From positions 16,695-80,694 of the IMG/VR virus record IMGVR_UViG_3300036715_001783: a stretch of 64,000 bases of DNA, one strand, 5' to 3'. Of this stretch, positions 8,639 to 18,848 are shown piece by piece. The stretch comes from a virus. Position 1 is the first letter of the stretch, and the number at the start of each line of letters is the position of its first letter. The translations under genes and the position numbers were made by a program. The notes beneath the pieces are model-generated. The model was not told the DNA's origin, made no database searches, and worked only from the letters and a program-made list of their open reading frames with translations.

Positions 8639-9694
8639 ATGCAAGAAGACAAATCTCACGATATTCAACCATATATTGATATGGTATATACAAACCACCC
8701 ATGCTTACATCAATATAAATTAGGCAATTCTGAAATATTGGATGTGGATAATACCCCTACATTTGTATCAAACATAACATATGCAGTGTCCCGATTATTG
8801 AAAAATCAATTAAATACGTTACTTCAACAAAGTAGTATTGCAATTGAGGAATATCCAGGAGATTATGTACATAAAGTAATGGTGATATCAGCTCATATAG
8901 TATCAGAAATTATTAATATGGATAGATTGATTGGATTACAAGCTATGCACATGCCAGTAGATATGGCATATATCATGCAAACAACCATGCAAGAAGTCAC
9001 ATTAAAAAATGAACAACAATCGTGGTTAGAGTGGCAAGTGGTAGGACATCCAGTGCAAGCACAATCTCATAAATTATCAATTGTGAGCAATTCTATTGAC
9101 AATGTCCAACCCTTAGTTGTTTCCAAATTAATTATGTATACTTTTGTTGATATGTTGACAGAATATGCTGCAACTGCCCCTGATCGTAGTCATATTCACA
9201 TACCAACGGATAATTTTGATAAACTTTCCTCTGAAATTATTAAACAGTTGGAAATTAATATCAATGCACAATCGGTTAAAATTGCAGTTGGAACTAGTAG
9301 AGGAGTTGGCAATGTCATTTTAACTTCCCCAGCAGGATTTAAGGTACTGCAACAAGTATTTGTTGGGGATTATACTATTGAAATGGTGGATGGGGTGTGT
9401 AATGTGTTGTATAACAACAAAGTCAGATATACAGTGCTTGTGTCAGAGTCACCTGTGTTAGACGGCGAAACCCCAAAAGATATAAAATTTGTAGTTGGCT
9501 ACAGGGGAAAAACAACAGTGGATGCTGGAGTGGTGTTTGCACCATATACACTATTAATACCACATATACAAATTAACCAAACTACGTTTGAACAAGAACT
9601 GACATTTTCTACTAGATTTGGTACATATTTTCCTAAAGAAGGCACACCTGGTGCACACACTTATAATTTATTAACTATTACTTGTTCAAAATAA
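8639..9694 (+). CDS. divergent T4 gp23/gp24 major-capsid-like paralog
   Basis: IGLQAM..P, SRGVGN.ILTSP, VVGYRG...DAGVVFAPY, TF......STRFG. Confidence 0.65.
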   Translation: MQEDKSHDIQPYIDMVYTNHPCLHQYKLGNSEILDVDNTPTFVSNITYAVSRLLKNQLNTLLQQSSIAIEEYPGDYVHKVMVISAHIVSEIINMDRLIGLQAMHMPVDMAYIMQTTMQEVTLKNEQQSWLEWQVVGHPVQAQSHKLSIVSNSIDNVQPLVVSKLIMYTFVDMLTEYAATAPDRSHIHIPTDNFDKLSSEIIKQLEININAQSVKIAVGTSRGVGNVILTSPAGFKVLQQVFVGDYTIEMVDGVCNVLYNNKVRYTVLVSESPVLDGETPKDIKFVVGYRGKTTVDAGVVFAPYTLLIPHIQINQTTFEQELTFSTRFGTYFPKEGTPGAHTYNLLTITCSK

Positions 9695-9704
9695 GGAGAC
9701 ATGC

Positions 9705-10904
9705 ATGGCTGAATTTGAAGTAAAAATACAAAGAATTTATATTACTGAACACCCCAATGCAGATAGCTTACATATTGGACATATTGGCTCCCCTGATGGT
9801 TGGCAGGTTGTTGTTCGTAAGGGAGCATTTGCAGATCAATCTTTATGTGCATACATTGGAGAGAATGCAATTGTTCCTGATGAGATTTTACAAAAGTACA
9901 ATTATTGGAACGAAGACCAAAATAAAGGTATGTTGGCTGGAAGTAAAGGTAACCGGGTCAAGATGATCAAACTCAGAGGAGAGCCCAGTATGGGCATATG
10001 TATTCCTCTGATTGAAGAATGTAGTTGGGACGAAGAGGGAGGCACTCAATTATACGCACACACCCTTGAAGGAGAATATGTAATTGAAGGAGAGGTTGTT
10101 ACAGAATTGTTGGGTGTATACAAACACGAGCCACCAATCCCAGTTGCGATGGCAGGTGAAGTCTACAACGGTGGTACTTCTATTGGTGTGAGTTACGATA
10201 TTGAGAACTCCAAAAACTATCCAAATGTGTTTACTGAAGGTGAAGAAGTACAAGCAACTGAAAAATTGCATGGCTCGTTTTGTCAGATTGTGGTACTACC
10301 ACCAACAGACGAATTTTACAATGAAAATCATGGAGTAGGATTAGCAACCTCCGGAAAAATGGCATACATAGCTGTCTCCAGCAAAGGACTAGGGTCAAAA
10401 GGCTTGTTTCTTAAGCAGAACGAGAAAAATAACAACAATGTGTATCTCCGAGTAGCAAGACCATTGTACAGTACTCTCACAAGTGCTACGGAACAATTGT
10501 CAGATCCACTTGTACCAATCACTGTGTGTGGAGAAGTATTTGGGCATGGAGTGCAAGACTTAACATATGGGTTTTCTCAGGGCAATGTTGGGTTCAGAGT
10601 GTTTGATGTCTATGTGGGATGTCGTGGAATGGGATATTGGTTAAACGACGAAGAATTGGACGAGTGGTGTGCATTCACCTGTATTCCTCGAGTACCACTC
10701 TTATACAGAGGGCCATTTAATCTTGAGAAAATCAATGAGTTGTCCCAGAATACCCATTCTACATTTGATAAGAAACAAATACTTGAAGGGCTGGTGGTTA
10801 AATCAACGAAAGAGCGATTAGTTCATAATTTAGGTAGAGCGTGTTTGAAATACATTAATATTGCTTATTATTTACGTAAGGGCAATGCCACAGAGTTTAA
10901 TTAA
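9705..10904 (+). CDS. RNA ligase, DRB0094/Rnl2-like
   Basis: HPNAD.L, KLRGE.S.G, TEKLHG, GE.FG..VQ, FD, EG.V.K, K.I...Y. Confidence 0.88.
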   Translation: MAEFEVKIQRIYITEHPNADSLHIGHIGSPDGWQVVVRKGAFADQSLCAYIGENAIVPDEILQKYNYWNEDQNKGMLAGSKGNRVKMIKLRGEPSMGICIPLIEECSWDEEGGTQLYAHTLEGEYVIEGEVVTELLGVYKHEPPIPVAMAGEVYNGGTSIGVSYDIENSKNYPNVFTEGEEVQATEKLHGSFCQIVVLPPTDEFYNENHGVGLATSGKMAYIAVSSKGLGSKGLFLKQNEKNNNNVYLRVARPLYSTLTSATEQLSDPLVPITVCGEVFGHGVQDLTYGFSQGNVGFRVFDVYVGCRGMGYWLNDEELDEWCAFTCIPRVPLLYRGPFNLEKINELSQNTHSTFDKKQILEGLVVKSTKERLVHNLGRACLKYINIAYYLRKGNATEFN

Positions 10905-11189
10905 ATGAACGTTGTGTTGTTTATTCTCGGTGCTACGTTAGTGGAAATAGGTATTTTTTGTATATGTGCTGCCGTAACCATATTTCAAATCCCACAGCAC
11001 ACTTGGACTCAAATGGTAAGTTTTGACATGTGGAAAAATGCTGGACTTAAAAAGTATACTCCTGATTTGTATAATGACTGGAAGCAGTTTGTTAGAGATA
11101 CTTGGATAGAGTATTGGACATTCGGCCTTGGTGAGAAATTGTGTATATTTCTAACAATAGTATGGGGTGGTGTACTAATATTAATTTAA
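10905..11189 (+). CDS. small membrane protein
   Basis: Two hydrophobic segments. Confidence 0.55.
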   Translation: MNVVLFILGATLVEIGIFCICAAVTIFQIPQHTWTQMVSFDMWKNAGLKKYTPDLYNDWKQFVRDTWIEYWTFGLGEKLCIFLTIVWGGVLILI

Positions 11190-11200
11190 TTTTTACCAAC

Positions 11201-11234
11201 AAACCAGGGGAGACAACTTGTCTCCCCTGGTTTT
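11201..11234 (+). terminator. intrinsic terminator
   Basis: AAACCAGGGGAGACA/TGTCTCCCCTGGTTT stem + T. Confidence 0.75.
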
Positions 11235-11258
11235 CTGTTTTGTATGAGACCAAAAAAT

Positions 11259-11414
11259 ATGAACAACTGTCCAATCTGTGCCCGTCCTCTGGATGGTAAT
11301 TCAAACATTCAATTTCATCATCTCATTCCCAAGGCCTTTAAAGGCAAAGATGATATAAATATTCATGCTGTGTGTCATAATAAAATACACAGTGTGTATA
11401 AATACGTATATTAG
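11259..11414 (+). pseudogene. 5' fragment of small HNH gene
   Basis: MNNCPICARPL...HHLIPKAFKGK...IHAVCHNKIHS then stop; paralogous to 12321-12626. Confidence 0.75.
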
Positions 11415-11430
11415 TTAAAAGGGCACAAAA

Positions 11431-12345
11431 ATGGGAACAAAATTATCGTTAGAAACTTTTGTTAATAAGTCCACAAAAGTTCATGGTGACACGTATGATT
11501 ATTCTTTGTTTGATTATAAAAATTGGGACACTAAATCTATAATAATATGTAAGATTCATGGAAATTTTTTACAACAACCAAGACTACACATTGAAAGAAA
11601 AAGTGGTTGTCCCATATGTGGTAAACGCAAGCAAGGGATAACCAAGGCAATTAAAGAATCTGAGTTTATAGTTAAAGCAACCCAACTTCACGGTGATAAA
11701 TATGATTATTCTCAACTGGGCTATGTTAATATATCATCTCCTGTTAATATTATATGTCCCATTCATGGGATATTTCGGATTGAGTATGCATATGCTCATA
11801 CCACAAATAAAACCGGCTGTGCTAAATGTGCACAGGATAGTGGTAGAAATACTACAGAAGACTTTATAACTAAATCAAAATCGTTATATGGAGATGCATT
11901 TTCATATGAGTTATCCCAATATGTTACTGTTCATACTCAGTTAACTATAAAGTGTGCTCAACATGGATATCAAGTAATAACGCCAGCAGACCATTATAGA
12001 ATTGGGTGCTGGATATGTAAACGAAATAGATTACAAGATATTTGGTTAGATAGCTTAAATCTACCAAATACAAGAAATCACCGACAAGTTAGATTAAAAA
12101 TCAACAATAGACTACATATCGTAGATGGTTTCGACTCTACAACTAATACAGTTTATTTGTTTCACGGAGATTATTGGCACGGAAATCCAATATTATATAA
12201 ACCAACTGACGTCAACAAACGAATAGAAAAATCATTTGGAGAATTATATGTTCAAACGTTAGAATATGAAGATAGAATAAGGCACGCAGGATATAAACTT
12301 TTAGTTATGTGGGAATATGAATGGCTACAACAGAACATTGTGTAA
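11431..12345 (+). CDS. free-standing homing-type endonuclease (YDYS/Zn repeats + Vsr-like domain)
   Basis: Three HG..YDYS..Y...I.C..HG repeats; VDG....NTVY.FHGDYWHGNP...WE. Confidence 0.75.
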   Translation: MGTKLSLETFVNKSTKVHGDTYDYSLFDYKNWDTKSIIICKIHGNFLQQPRLHIERKSGCPICGKRKQGITKAIKESEFIVKATQLHGDKYDYSQLGYVNISSPVNIICPIHGIFRIEYAYAHTTNKTGCAKCAQDSGRNTTEDFITKSKSLYGDAFSYELSQYVTVHTQLTIKCAQHGYQVITPADHYRIGCWICKRNRLQDIWLDSLNLPNTRNHRQVRLKINNRLHIVDGFDSTTNTVYLFHGDYWHGNPILYKPTDVNKRIEKSFGELYVQTLEYEDRIRHAGYKLLVMWEYEWLQQNIV

Positions 12346-12626
12346 TATGTGGAAGATTATTGGGAACTATAAATATCAGCAAACATCATTTAATTCCTAA
12401 AACATTTGATAAGAGTTCTCCAACTATAGTAATCCATAATATATGCCATTCCAAAATTCATGCATCTATGAGTGAACGAGAGCTTCAACATTATTATCAT
12501 ACTGTGGATAGGTTATTAGAGCACGCTGATATGATGAAGTTTGTGGAATGGGTGAAGAACAAGCCAACATCTTATTATGACACAAATAACGAAACAAAAT
12601 CCAGATATAGAAAGCGGAGAAAGTAA
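12321..12626 (+). CDS. small HNH protein (YisB-like)
   Basis: CxxC, HHLIPK, CH.KIH, EL...Y.T...L......KFV.W. Confidence 0.75.
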   Translation: MATTEHCVICGRLLGTINISKHHLIPKTFDKSSPTIVIHNICHSKIHASMSERELQHYYHTVDRLLEHADMMKFVEWVKNKPTSYYDTNNETKSRYRKRRK

Positions 12627-12799
12627 TGAGTGCAGAACAAGATAAAATTATCAAGAAATTATCGAAAGATGTTCAGGATTTAAAAGTGATGGTATTAAGA
12701 CAAAATCGTTGTATAACAAACATGGATAAAGAAATCAGAAGGTTAAAACATCAATCAGTTGGTACAAAAAATGATATTGCAGCTATGAGGCGTACTTGA
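12626..12799 (+). CDS. small coiled-coil protein (57 aa)
   Basis: TAATG overlap; below the ORF-track cutoff. Confidence 0.5.
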   Translation: MSAEQDKIIKKLSKDVQDLKVMVLRQNRCITNMDKEIRRLKHQSVGTKNDIAAMRRT

Positions 12800-12823
12800 T
12801 AGTTGGGACAATATATGTAATAC

Positions 12824-12831
12824 TATAAATA
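12824..12831 (+). promoter_or_regulatory. T4 late-type promoter TATAAATA
   Basis: Also at 11397, 23471, 24414, 31048; CATAAATA at 21434, 25754, 49331. Confidence 0.65.
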
Positions 12832-12856
12832 CCTCTATTGATATGGAGATGGTTAT

Positions 12857-13168
12857 ATGTTACTAATTGAATTGTTTGAAGAGGATAGGAGTTTGATGGG
12901 GACACCAGCAAAACCACTTACTCCCGAAAAAACCAAAATGTGTTTTCCTAAAAAAGAGGTATGGAGACATGTGTCCGCACCTGGTAAAAAATCTGGTTGG
13001 AAAGAAGTTCATATAAAAACGGGCAAAACAAATAATACAGAAAGTGCTAAAGAAAATCACTCTGTCAAAAAATTAAACCCAAATATACTAGAGACACCAC
13101 TCCAAAAGGAAAAAGTCAACAGTATCGAAAGTATACAAGAGGAACAAACTAATGAGCGGACCAGCTAA
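12857..13168 (+). CDS. hypothetical late protein (possible internal head protein)
   Basis: Late promoter; MLLIELFE N-terminus. Confidence 0.6.
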   Translation: MLLIELFEEDRSLMGTPAKPLTPEKTKMCFPKKEVWRHVSAPGKKSGWKEVHIKTGKTNNTESAKENHSVKKLNPNILETPLQKEKVNSIESIQEEQTNERTS

Positions 13169-13907
13169 AGAAACAACTACAACAACACACAGCAAGGAAA
13201 TGAATAACGGTTCTATTCCTAAACAAATGGATAATAAGAATTTTGGAAAGAAACGTCAAGCTACATCACATAAATTTAGCGTGAAAAGCACGAAAGACGG
13301 AAAGACTTATTGGATTCCAAGCATTAAGGAAGATAATACGTTTGTTGATTTTTTATTAAAAGAAGACCAAGATTCTAAGGCCCTTGAAAAACTCACAGTA
13401 TTACCACAAGCTGTCATAGGTGAGTTAAAGAAATTAATCAACAAAGGTGCAAAAGATTTGGAGCAGAATTGGTCTGATGCTGCAGAATTGGTAAATGTTG
13501 CATACCACGTTGCTCAAATCCGTAGGCCCATACCTTCACAAAAAGGAGCATGGGCTCAATATACAGATTTGTTGAGACATGGAGTTCACCAATTGTGGAA
13601 AGAAAGAGGTAACTCAGGAGGGTGGAGAGTGGGAGCATCAAAGATGGATGAAGGGTATGTCCCCACTATTTCCCCATTGTATGAAGATATTACATCAGGG
13701 TCACGCTTTTTTGTAAAAATTCCTGGCGCAATCGATGTTGAAATTGATGGAAAGGATTTGTCTGGTGTGATTAAAGAGTTGTCAAATAAAATTCGAAGAC
13801 AGGGAGGGAGTGTAGAAGTTAGGTACCGTACTCAAGAAGGGGCCGTATTAGTGGTTCACCGAAATGGTGAAGAAGTTGAAGAAATTATAATCCAAGCAGT
13901 ATCTTAA
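13152..13907 (+). CDS. hypothetical late protein
   Basis: ORF; TFVDFLLKE and LYE motifs. Confidence 0.7.
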   Translation: MSGPAKETTTTTHSKEMNNGSIPKQMDNKNFGKKRQATSHKFSVKSTKDGKTYWIPSIKEDNTFVDFLLKEDQDSKALEKLTVLPQAVIGELKKLINKGAKDLEQNWSDAAELVNVAYHVAQIRRPIPSQKGAWAQYTDLLRHGVHQLWKERGNSGGWRVGASKMDEGYVPTISPLYEDITSGSRFFVKIPGAIDVEIDGKDLSGVIKELSNKIRRQGGSVEVRYRTQEGAVLVVHRNGEEVEEIIIQAVS

Positions 13908-14008
13908 TTGATTAATTGATTAATTGTGCAGTTGTCAATGGGTTCCCACACATAGTTGATTTTTGTGGTGCTATCTGATATACTATTACAACAATAATAG
14001 GATGTTAT

Positions 14009-15157
14009 ATGATTGATAAACAAGCTAATTGGTTAGCAAAGGCTAAAAAAATCCACGGAGACCTATATGACTATTCTCTTGTTGTATATGTGTCTCCAGA
14101 TGTTCCAGTAATTATAAACTGCCCAATTCATGGACAGTTTCACAAAAGTCCAAATGGACATACCAACAAAAAGGCTGGGTGTCCTAAATGTGGATATCTA
14201 ATTAGAGCAGTCAACAATCGGGAAAAATATGGGGTAGATAATCCAGCACAGTTGGCTATTATACAACAAAAGAAAAAACAAACTGTGTTAGCTCGGTATG
14301 GTGTGGAATATGCATCACAAAATGAAAATATACAAAACAAAACAAAACAAACTAATTTGGCAAAATATGGACACCAGAATATTGCCCACGGTACAAAGAA
14401 AGAGAAGGTGACACATACCAATTTAGAAAAATATGGCGGGCACCCAAGAAAAAATAAAGATGTACAAGAAAAACAAAAAAGAACAAATCTGGAACGGTAT
14501 GGGTACGAAAATGCTGCCCAATCAAATATTATCCAAAATAAAATAAAACAAACTAATTTAGAGCGATACGGAGTAGAGTATGCTTCGCAGAACAACATTA
14601 TCAAAGAAAAAATAAAACAAACTAATTTAGAGCGATATGGAACACAATCTTACAGCCAACAACACTTGGTGGATATTCTCCCATTGCTTGAAGATTATGG
14701 TTGGTTATTTGAACAATATATTACCCAAAATAAGACAGCTACCCAAATAGCAAACGAATTAGGGAATGTTTATTATGGAACTATAATTTCGTACTTAATG
14801 TACTATGAAATAGAAATCCAACAATATTATTGGAGTTCATACAAATGTCGACTGTGGATTGCACAACAAGACGGTGCAATAATTGAAGAGTGGAAAATAC
14901 CAAATACAAGATTCAGAGCGGATGGATATTGTGAGGCAACAAATACCATTTATGAATTTCATGGGGACTATTGGCACGGAAATCCATCAATTTACCAACC
15001 AGACGAAATAAATGAAGTAGTTGGAAAATCCATGGGTGAGCTGTATCTGAAAACATTGGACCGAGAAAGCCTAATAAAATCATTAGGTTACAATCTAGTG
15101 GTTGTGTGGGAACATGATTTTGATACGTCCATAGAATTTATGGTGCAACAACAATAA
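14009..15157 (+). CDS. free-standing endonuclease with TNLE(R/K)YG repeats
   Basis: YDYS repeat, ~7 K.K.TNLERYG-type repeats, ADGYC...NTIYEFHGDYWHGNP. Confidence 0.75.
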   Translation: MIDKQANWLAKAKKIHGDLYDYSLVVYVSPDVPVIINCPIHGQFHKSPNGHTNKKAGCPKCGYLIRAVNNREKYGVDNPAQLAIIQQKKKQTVLARYGVEYASQNENIQNKTKQTNLAKYGHQNIAHGTKKEKVTHTNLEKYGGHPRKNKDVQEKQKRTNLERYGYENAAQSNIIQNKIKQTNLERYGVEYASQNNIIKEKIKQTNLERYGTQSYSQQHLVDILPLLEDYGWLFEQYITQNKTATQIANELGNVYYGTIISYLMYYEIEIQQYYWSSYKCRLWIAQQDGAIIEEWKIPNTRFRADGYCEATNTIYEFHGDYWHGNPSIYQPDEINEVVGKSMGELYLKTLDRESLIKSLGYNLVVVWEHDFDTSIEFMVQQQ

Positions 15158-15223
15158 GTAATGTAAAGTTGACTATTCGACTCAATTATGATATAATTTC
15201 TCTTCATTTGAGGAGAAATTATA

Positions 15224-15541
15224 TTGACTACCCACCCAATCCCCCCATCACTATATTGGGAAATTCTTAAATGGTGTTCCTCATTATGTTATATAATTGG
15301 TACAATATTATTATTGTCTCCGGTTATAGCATCTACAGCAGTAACACCATGGATAGTTTTCATACTTGGAAACACTATCCAATTTGCTAATTTTGTACAT
15401 CAACGGAACGTTCCATTCATATGTTTAAGTGTGTTTTTCTTTATTTGGGATTCTCTTATAATCACACAGCGCTTGACATCCATAGAAACATTGGGTATAA
15501 TTAGCGAATTAATCAAACATTTAGACAATTTTATCATATAA
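15224..15541 (+). CDS. membrane protein
   Basis: Three hydrophobic helices; GAGGAG RBS; TTG start. Confidence 0.6.
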   Translation: MTTHPIPPSLYWEILKWCSSLCYIIGTILLLSPVIASTAVTPWIVFILGNTIQFANFVHQRNVPFICLSVFFFIWDSLIITQRLTSIETLGIISELIKHLDNFII

Positions 15542-15551
15542 AGGAGAACAT

Positions 15552-16385
15552 ATGAAAAACCTACCCACCACCCCTCAATTTTGTGTAATTGCTCCGACTA
15601 ACTATTTACAATACGCCACGGGATCAGATACACATTTGGTATTAGCACATCTGGTTGCAACAGATATTACATATAGAGATTTTTATAAAAATCTCAGTGT
15701 TGCTGGAGACTTCATTATTATGGACAATGGAGCATTTGAGCTTGGACAGAGTTATGCTCCTGATAAATTAATTAAGTTGGCCCACTTATGTGGTGCTGAT
15801 GCAATTGTGCTTCCTGACTATCCAGGAAAGCCTATTGACCAAACAATTGAAGCAGCAAAACAACTGATTCCCCTAGTCCAAGAATCTGGATTTAAAACAT
15901 TCTTTTGCCCACAAGCAGAAGTGGGAGATACAGAAGGTTGGATTTCCTCTTATGTGTGGGCTGCAAATAATCCTGATATAGATATGATTGGTATGTCTAT
16001 TCTTGCTATACCAAATGCATTACCTCACATTCCCAAGTCATATGCAAGGGTTGTTATGACTCAAATGTTGATGGACAGAGGTATTTTTGCTCACAATAAG
16101 TATCACCACTATTTGGGCCTCAACTCAGCTCCTAATATTGAGCTTCCATCATTGCTGACAATGAACGCGTTAAATAGTTGTGATAGTTCAGGTCCAGTTT
16201 GGTCTGCTATATGTGGACATAGATATAACATCACTGGTGATAGTTTTATGCCTGTGCATAAGAAGTTCTTAAGAGAAGTTGATTTTGACTATCCTTGGAC
16301 AATAAAAGATCACATTCATGAAGCGATTGATTTTAATTTACAAATTACATTTGACATTATGTGTGACCCAGAATCGTACTTATAA
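15552..16385 (+). CDS. TGT/DpdA-like TIM-barrel protein
   Basis: IIMDNGAFE, LPD, HHYLGL, SCDSS resemble guanine-transglycosylase motifs; queE and queD nearby. Confidence 0.5.
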   Translation: MKNLPTTPQFCVIAPTNYLQYATGSDTHLVLAHLVATDITYRDFYKNLSVAGDFIIMDNGAFELGQSYAPDKLIKLAHLCGADAIVLPDYPGKPIDQTIEAAKQLIPLVQESGFKTFFCPQAEVGDTEGWISSYVWAANNPDIDMIGMSILAIPNALPHIPKSYARVVMTQMLMDRGIFAHNKYHHYLGLNSAPNIELPSLLTMNALNSCDSSGPVWSAICGHRYNITGDSFMPVHKKFLREVDFDYPWTIKDHIHEAIDFNLQITFDIMCDPESYL

Positions 16386-16484
16386 ATAGTTGACTAAAAC
16401 ACGAACACACTATATTATACAGTGTGTTCGTGTGGAAAATACGAATACCACGGAAGAAATAATATAACAAAGGAGAAAGTTATT

Positions 16485-17144
16485 ATGTTTACAAACCCAA
16501 AAGATGTTATCAACAATAAATGGATTACACACCCAGATTGTACCACCCCACAACATTGGCTTGACAATAAATTTGTAAGTCCAAATGCCATCGATTTTTC
16601 CTTAGATGAACTTCTATTGGTCAAAGATACGGACACTGCCTATATTTCAAACAACAAAAAACTTGTTAAGATGAAACAATTGGTATCTGTGCACAAAATT
16701 ACAGAAGATACTGAAACTCCTTTTTGGGAATTAGAAGGTGGAAAGGTATATGATGGAACATCAAGTATGTATGTTGAAGTACCTGAAGGATATGTTTGTC
16801 TACCAATGTTCACTCGCTCTACATTTGCTCGCAATGGAACGTTCATTATGAGTGGGATTTTTGATTCTGGATACAAAGGTCATATCGGTTTTACGATTTA
16901 CACCAATGGTGGACCAATTGATATTGAAGTTGGTACTCGTATTGGGCAAATTGGTTTTGTAAAAACTGAGTATGCTCACTTGTATGATGGTGGGTATAGC
17001 CACGAGCAAGGTACACACTATGCTGACCCTATTATTATACAACCAGCACATGTTGCAATAGGCGAGCGTCAAATTCAACACAACCCAGCTAGAACTGAAC
17101 AAGGTATGGGTCCAATTCTTAACACAAACAGTGAGTTCTTATAA
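16485..17144 (+). CDS. dCTP deaminase/trimeric dUTPase
   Basis: PNAIDF, RSTFARNG, DSGYKG, RIGQ, Y.G.Y; AAGGAG RBS before 16485. Confidence 0.8.
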   Translation: MFTNPKDVINNKWITHPDCTTPQHWLDNKFVSPNAIDFSLDELLLVKDTDTAYISNNKKLVKMKQLVSVHKITEDTETPFWELEGGKVYDGTSSMYVEVPEGYVCLPMFTRSTFARNGTFIMSGIFDSGYKGHIGFTIYTNGGPIDIEVGTRIGQIGFVKTEYAHLYDGGYSHEQGTHYADPIIIQPAHVAIGERQIQHNPARTEQGMGPILNTNSEFL

Positions 17145-17146
17145 TT

Positions 17147-18244
17147 ATGAGAAAAAGATGGTCTAATTTATTGGTTGATGAGTGGTTAATATCCCACAAG
17201 TTACCTATAACTAGATTATCATTATTTGAAAATGTCAGTACTCCATTACAATATAAATGTGAAGTTTGTGATAATATATGGAGTACTGCTTGGGTTAATA
17301 TATATTCCAGGGGCACTAGATGTCCCAAGTGTGCAATTGTACGAGTGGCACACTTACACACCAATTCGTTAGATTGGTGGAATGCTAAATTGGCATTGGT
17401 ACATATACTAAATATGGAGCCTATTATACCTGGAGATAATTCAGCTATAACATGGAAATGTGAAAATTGTGAATATACTTGGATAGCAACCAAAAGCTCC
17501 ATAATATCTCCAAATTTTGGAGGATGTAAGTGTTGTACTGGAAAATTGGTTAATAACCAAATTATAGATACCAAATTATCTGATAGAAATATTACTAGGT
17601 TGGATGATTTTATAGCAACAAATACTCCAATTAGTTGGAGTTGTAATGTGTGTGACCACAAGTGGAAGACATCTCCAACCAAAATTTTAAACGAAGGTAC
17701 AGGTTGCCCAAAATGTTCTAATAGGGTTAGGCATACAAATGAAGACATTGACCACAGGTGTGGGGCTATTGGAATACGACGAGTGGGAAATTATGTTAAT
17801 ACCCATACTAAAATAGAGTGGTGTTGCAAAAAGTGTAACAATACATGGCATGCAAAACCATCTAATATATTAAACCAACATACTGGATGTCCCCATTGTC
17901 GAACTCCATCATATTCAAAGAAAGCTATCCGGTGGTTAAATCAAACGATGCAGACTGATTGTTGTTTTATTCAACATGCTGAGAATATTGGGGAATACTT
18001 AGTACCAGATATTTTAGTAAAAGTAGATGGATACTGCAAAGAAACGAACACTATATACGAATTTCATGGGGATATATTTCATGGAAATCCAAATAAATTT
18101 ACAGCAGATGAAATGTGTAGTCCATTTCATAAATTAACAGCTGGTGAACTGTACAATAAAACTAAACACAAGGAGAGTAAAATAATGAAAGCGGGATATA
18201 AATTAGTAGTTATGTGGGAGAGTGAATATGACTCAAAAAAATAA
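17147..18244 (+). CDS. free-standing endonuclease with Zn-ribbon repeats
   Basis: Four W.C..C...W......GCP.C-type repeats; VDGYC...NTIYEFHGD.FHGNP. Confidence 0.75.
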   Translation: MRKRWSNLLVDEWLISHKLPITRLSLFENVSTPLQYKCEVCDNIWSTAWVNIYSRGTRCPKCAIVRVAHLHTNSLDWWNAKLALVHILNMEPIIPGDNSAITWKCENCEYTWIATKSSIISPNFGGCKCCTGKLVNNQIIDTKLSDRNITRLDDFIATNTPISWSCNVCDHKWKTSPTKILNEGTGCPKCSNRVRHTNEDIDHRCGAIGIRRVGNYVNTHTKIEWCCKKCNNTWHAKPSNILNQHTGCPHCRTPSYSKKAIRWLNQTMQTDCCFIQHAENIGEYLVPDILVKVDGYCKETNTIYEFHGDIFHGNPNKFTADEMCSPFHKLTAGELYNKTKHKESKIMKAGYKLVVMWESEYDSKK

Positions 18245-18848
18245 CACAACAGGTTACATAACAAGGTTATTAGCGGTTGACACCGAAACTAGCGGGTTAT
18301 TCTTTAATGTAGACGATCCATCGTACAACCCAAAAACTAAACAGACTCACCAATTGTTGTCTATTGGGTTAATAGTCGTTGATGCAATTACTCTTGCACC
18401 CATTGAAGAGTTATATGTGGAAGTTAAATGGGATCCTTCTAACCAGTGGGATACCGGAGCTGAGAAGGTACATGGGTTGTCCCGTCAATACCTTGAGGAG
18501 AATGGAGTTTCAACATCTAAAGCGGTTGAGCTGATTGCTAATTTACTAATCAGTCACTGGGGTCCTTCTGCAGCTATTCATATTTTAGGACACAATCCAC
18601 AATTTGATTTAGCTTTCTTACGAAGATTATTGAGAACCGAAGAATTAGAATTTCGTTGGGGAAACAAAATGGTTGATACTAATAGTATCGGATTTGTTGT
18701 GTTTAATACTCACAATTCAGATGATTTATTTGATATGATTGGTGCAAAACATAGAGGAGAGCATAATGCTCTTGAAGATATTAGAAACACATTAAAAGTG
18801 GTTCAAGTAACTAGACAACTTGCTGATGTTATGTTAGGAGCTGAATAA
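18222..18848 (+). CDS. DEDDh 3'-5' exonuclease
   Basis: DTETSG, GHNPQFD..FL, DT, HNALED. Confidence 0.88.
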   Translation: MNMTQKNNTTGYITRLLAVDTETSGLFFNVDDPSYNPKTKQTHQLLSIGLIVVDAITLAPIEELYVEVKWDPSNQWDTGAEKVHGLSRQYLEENGVSTSKAVELIANLLISHWGPSAAIHILGHNPQFDLAFLRRLLRTEELEFRWGNKMVDTNSIGFVVFNTHNSDDLFDMIGAKHRGEHNALEDIRNTLKVVQVTRQLADVMLGAE

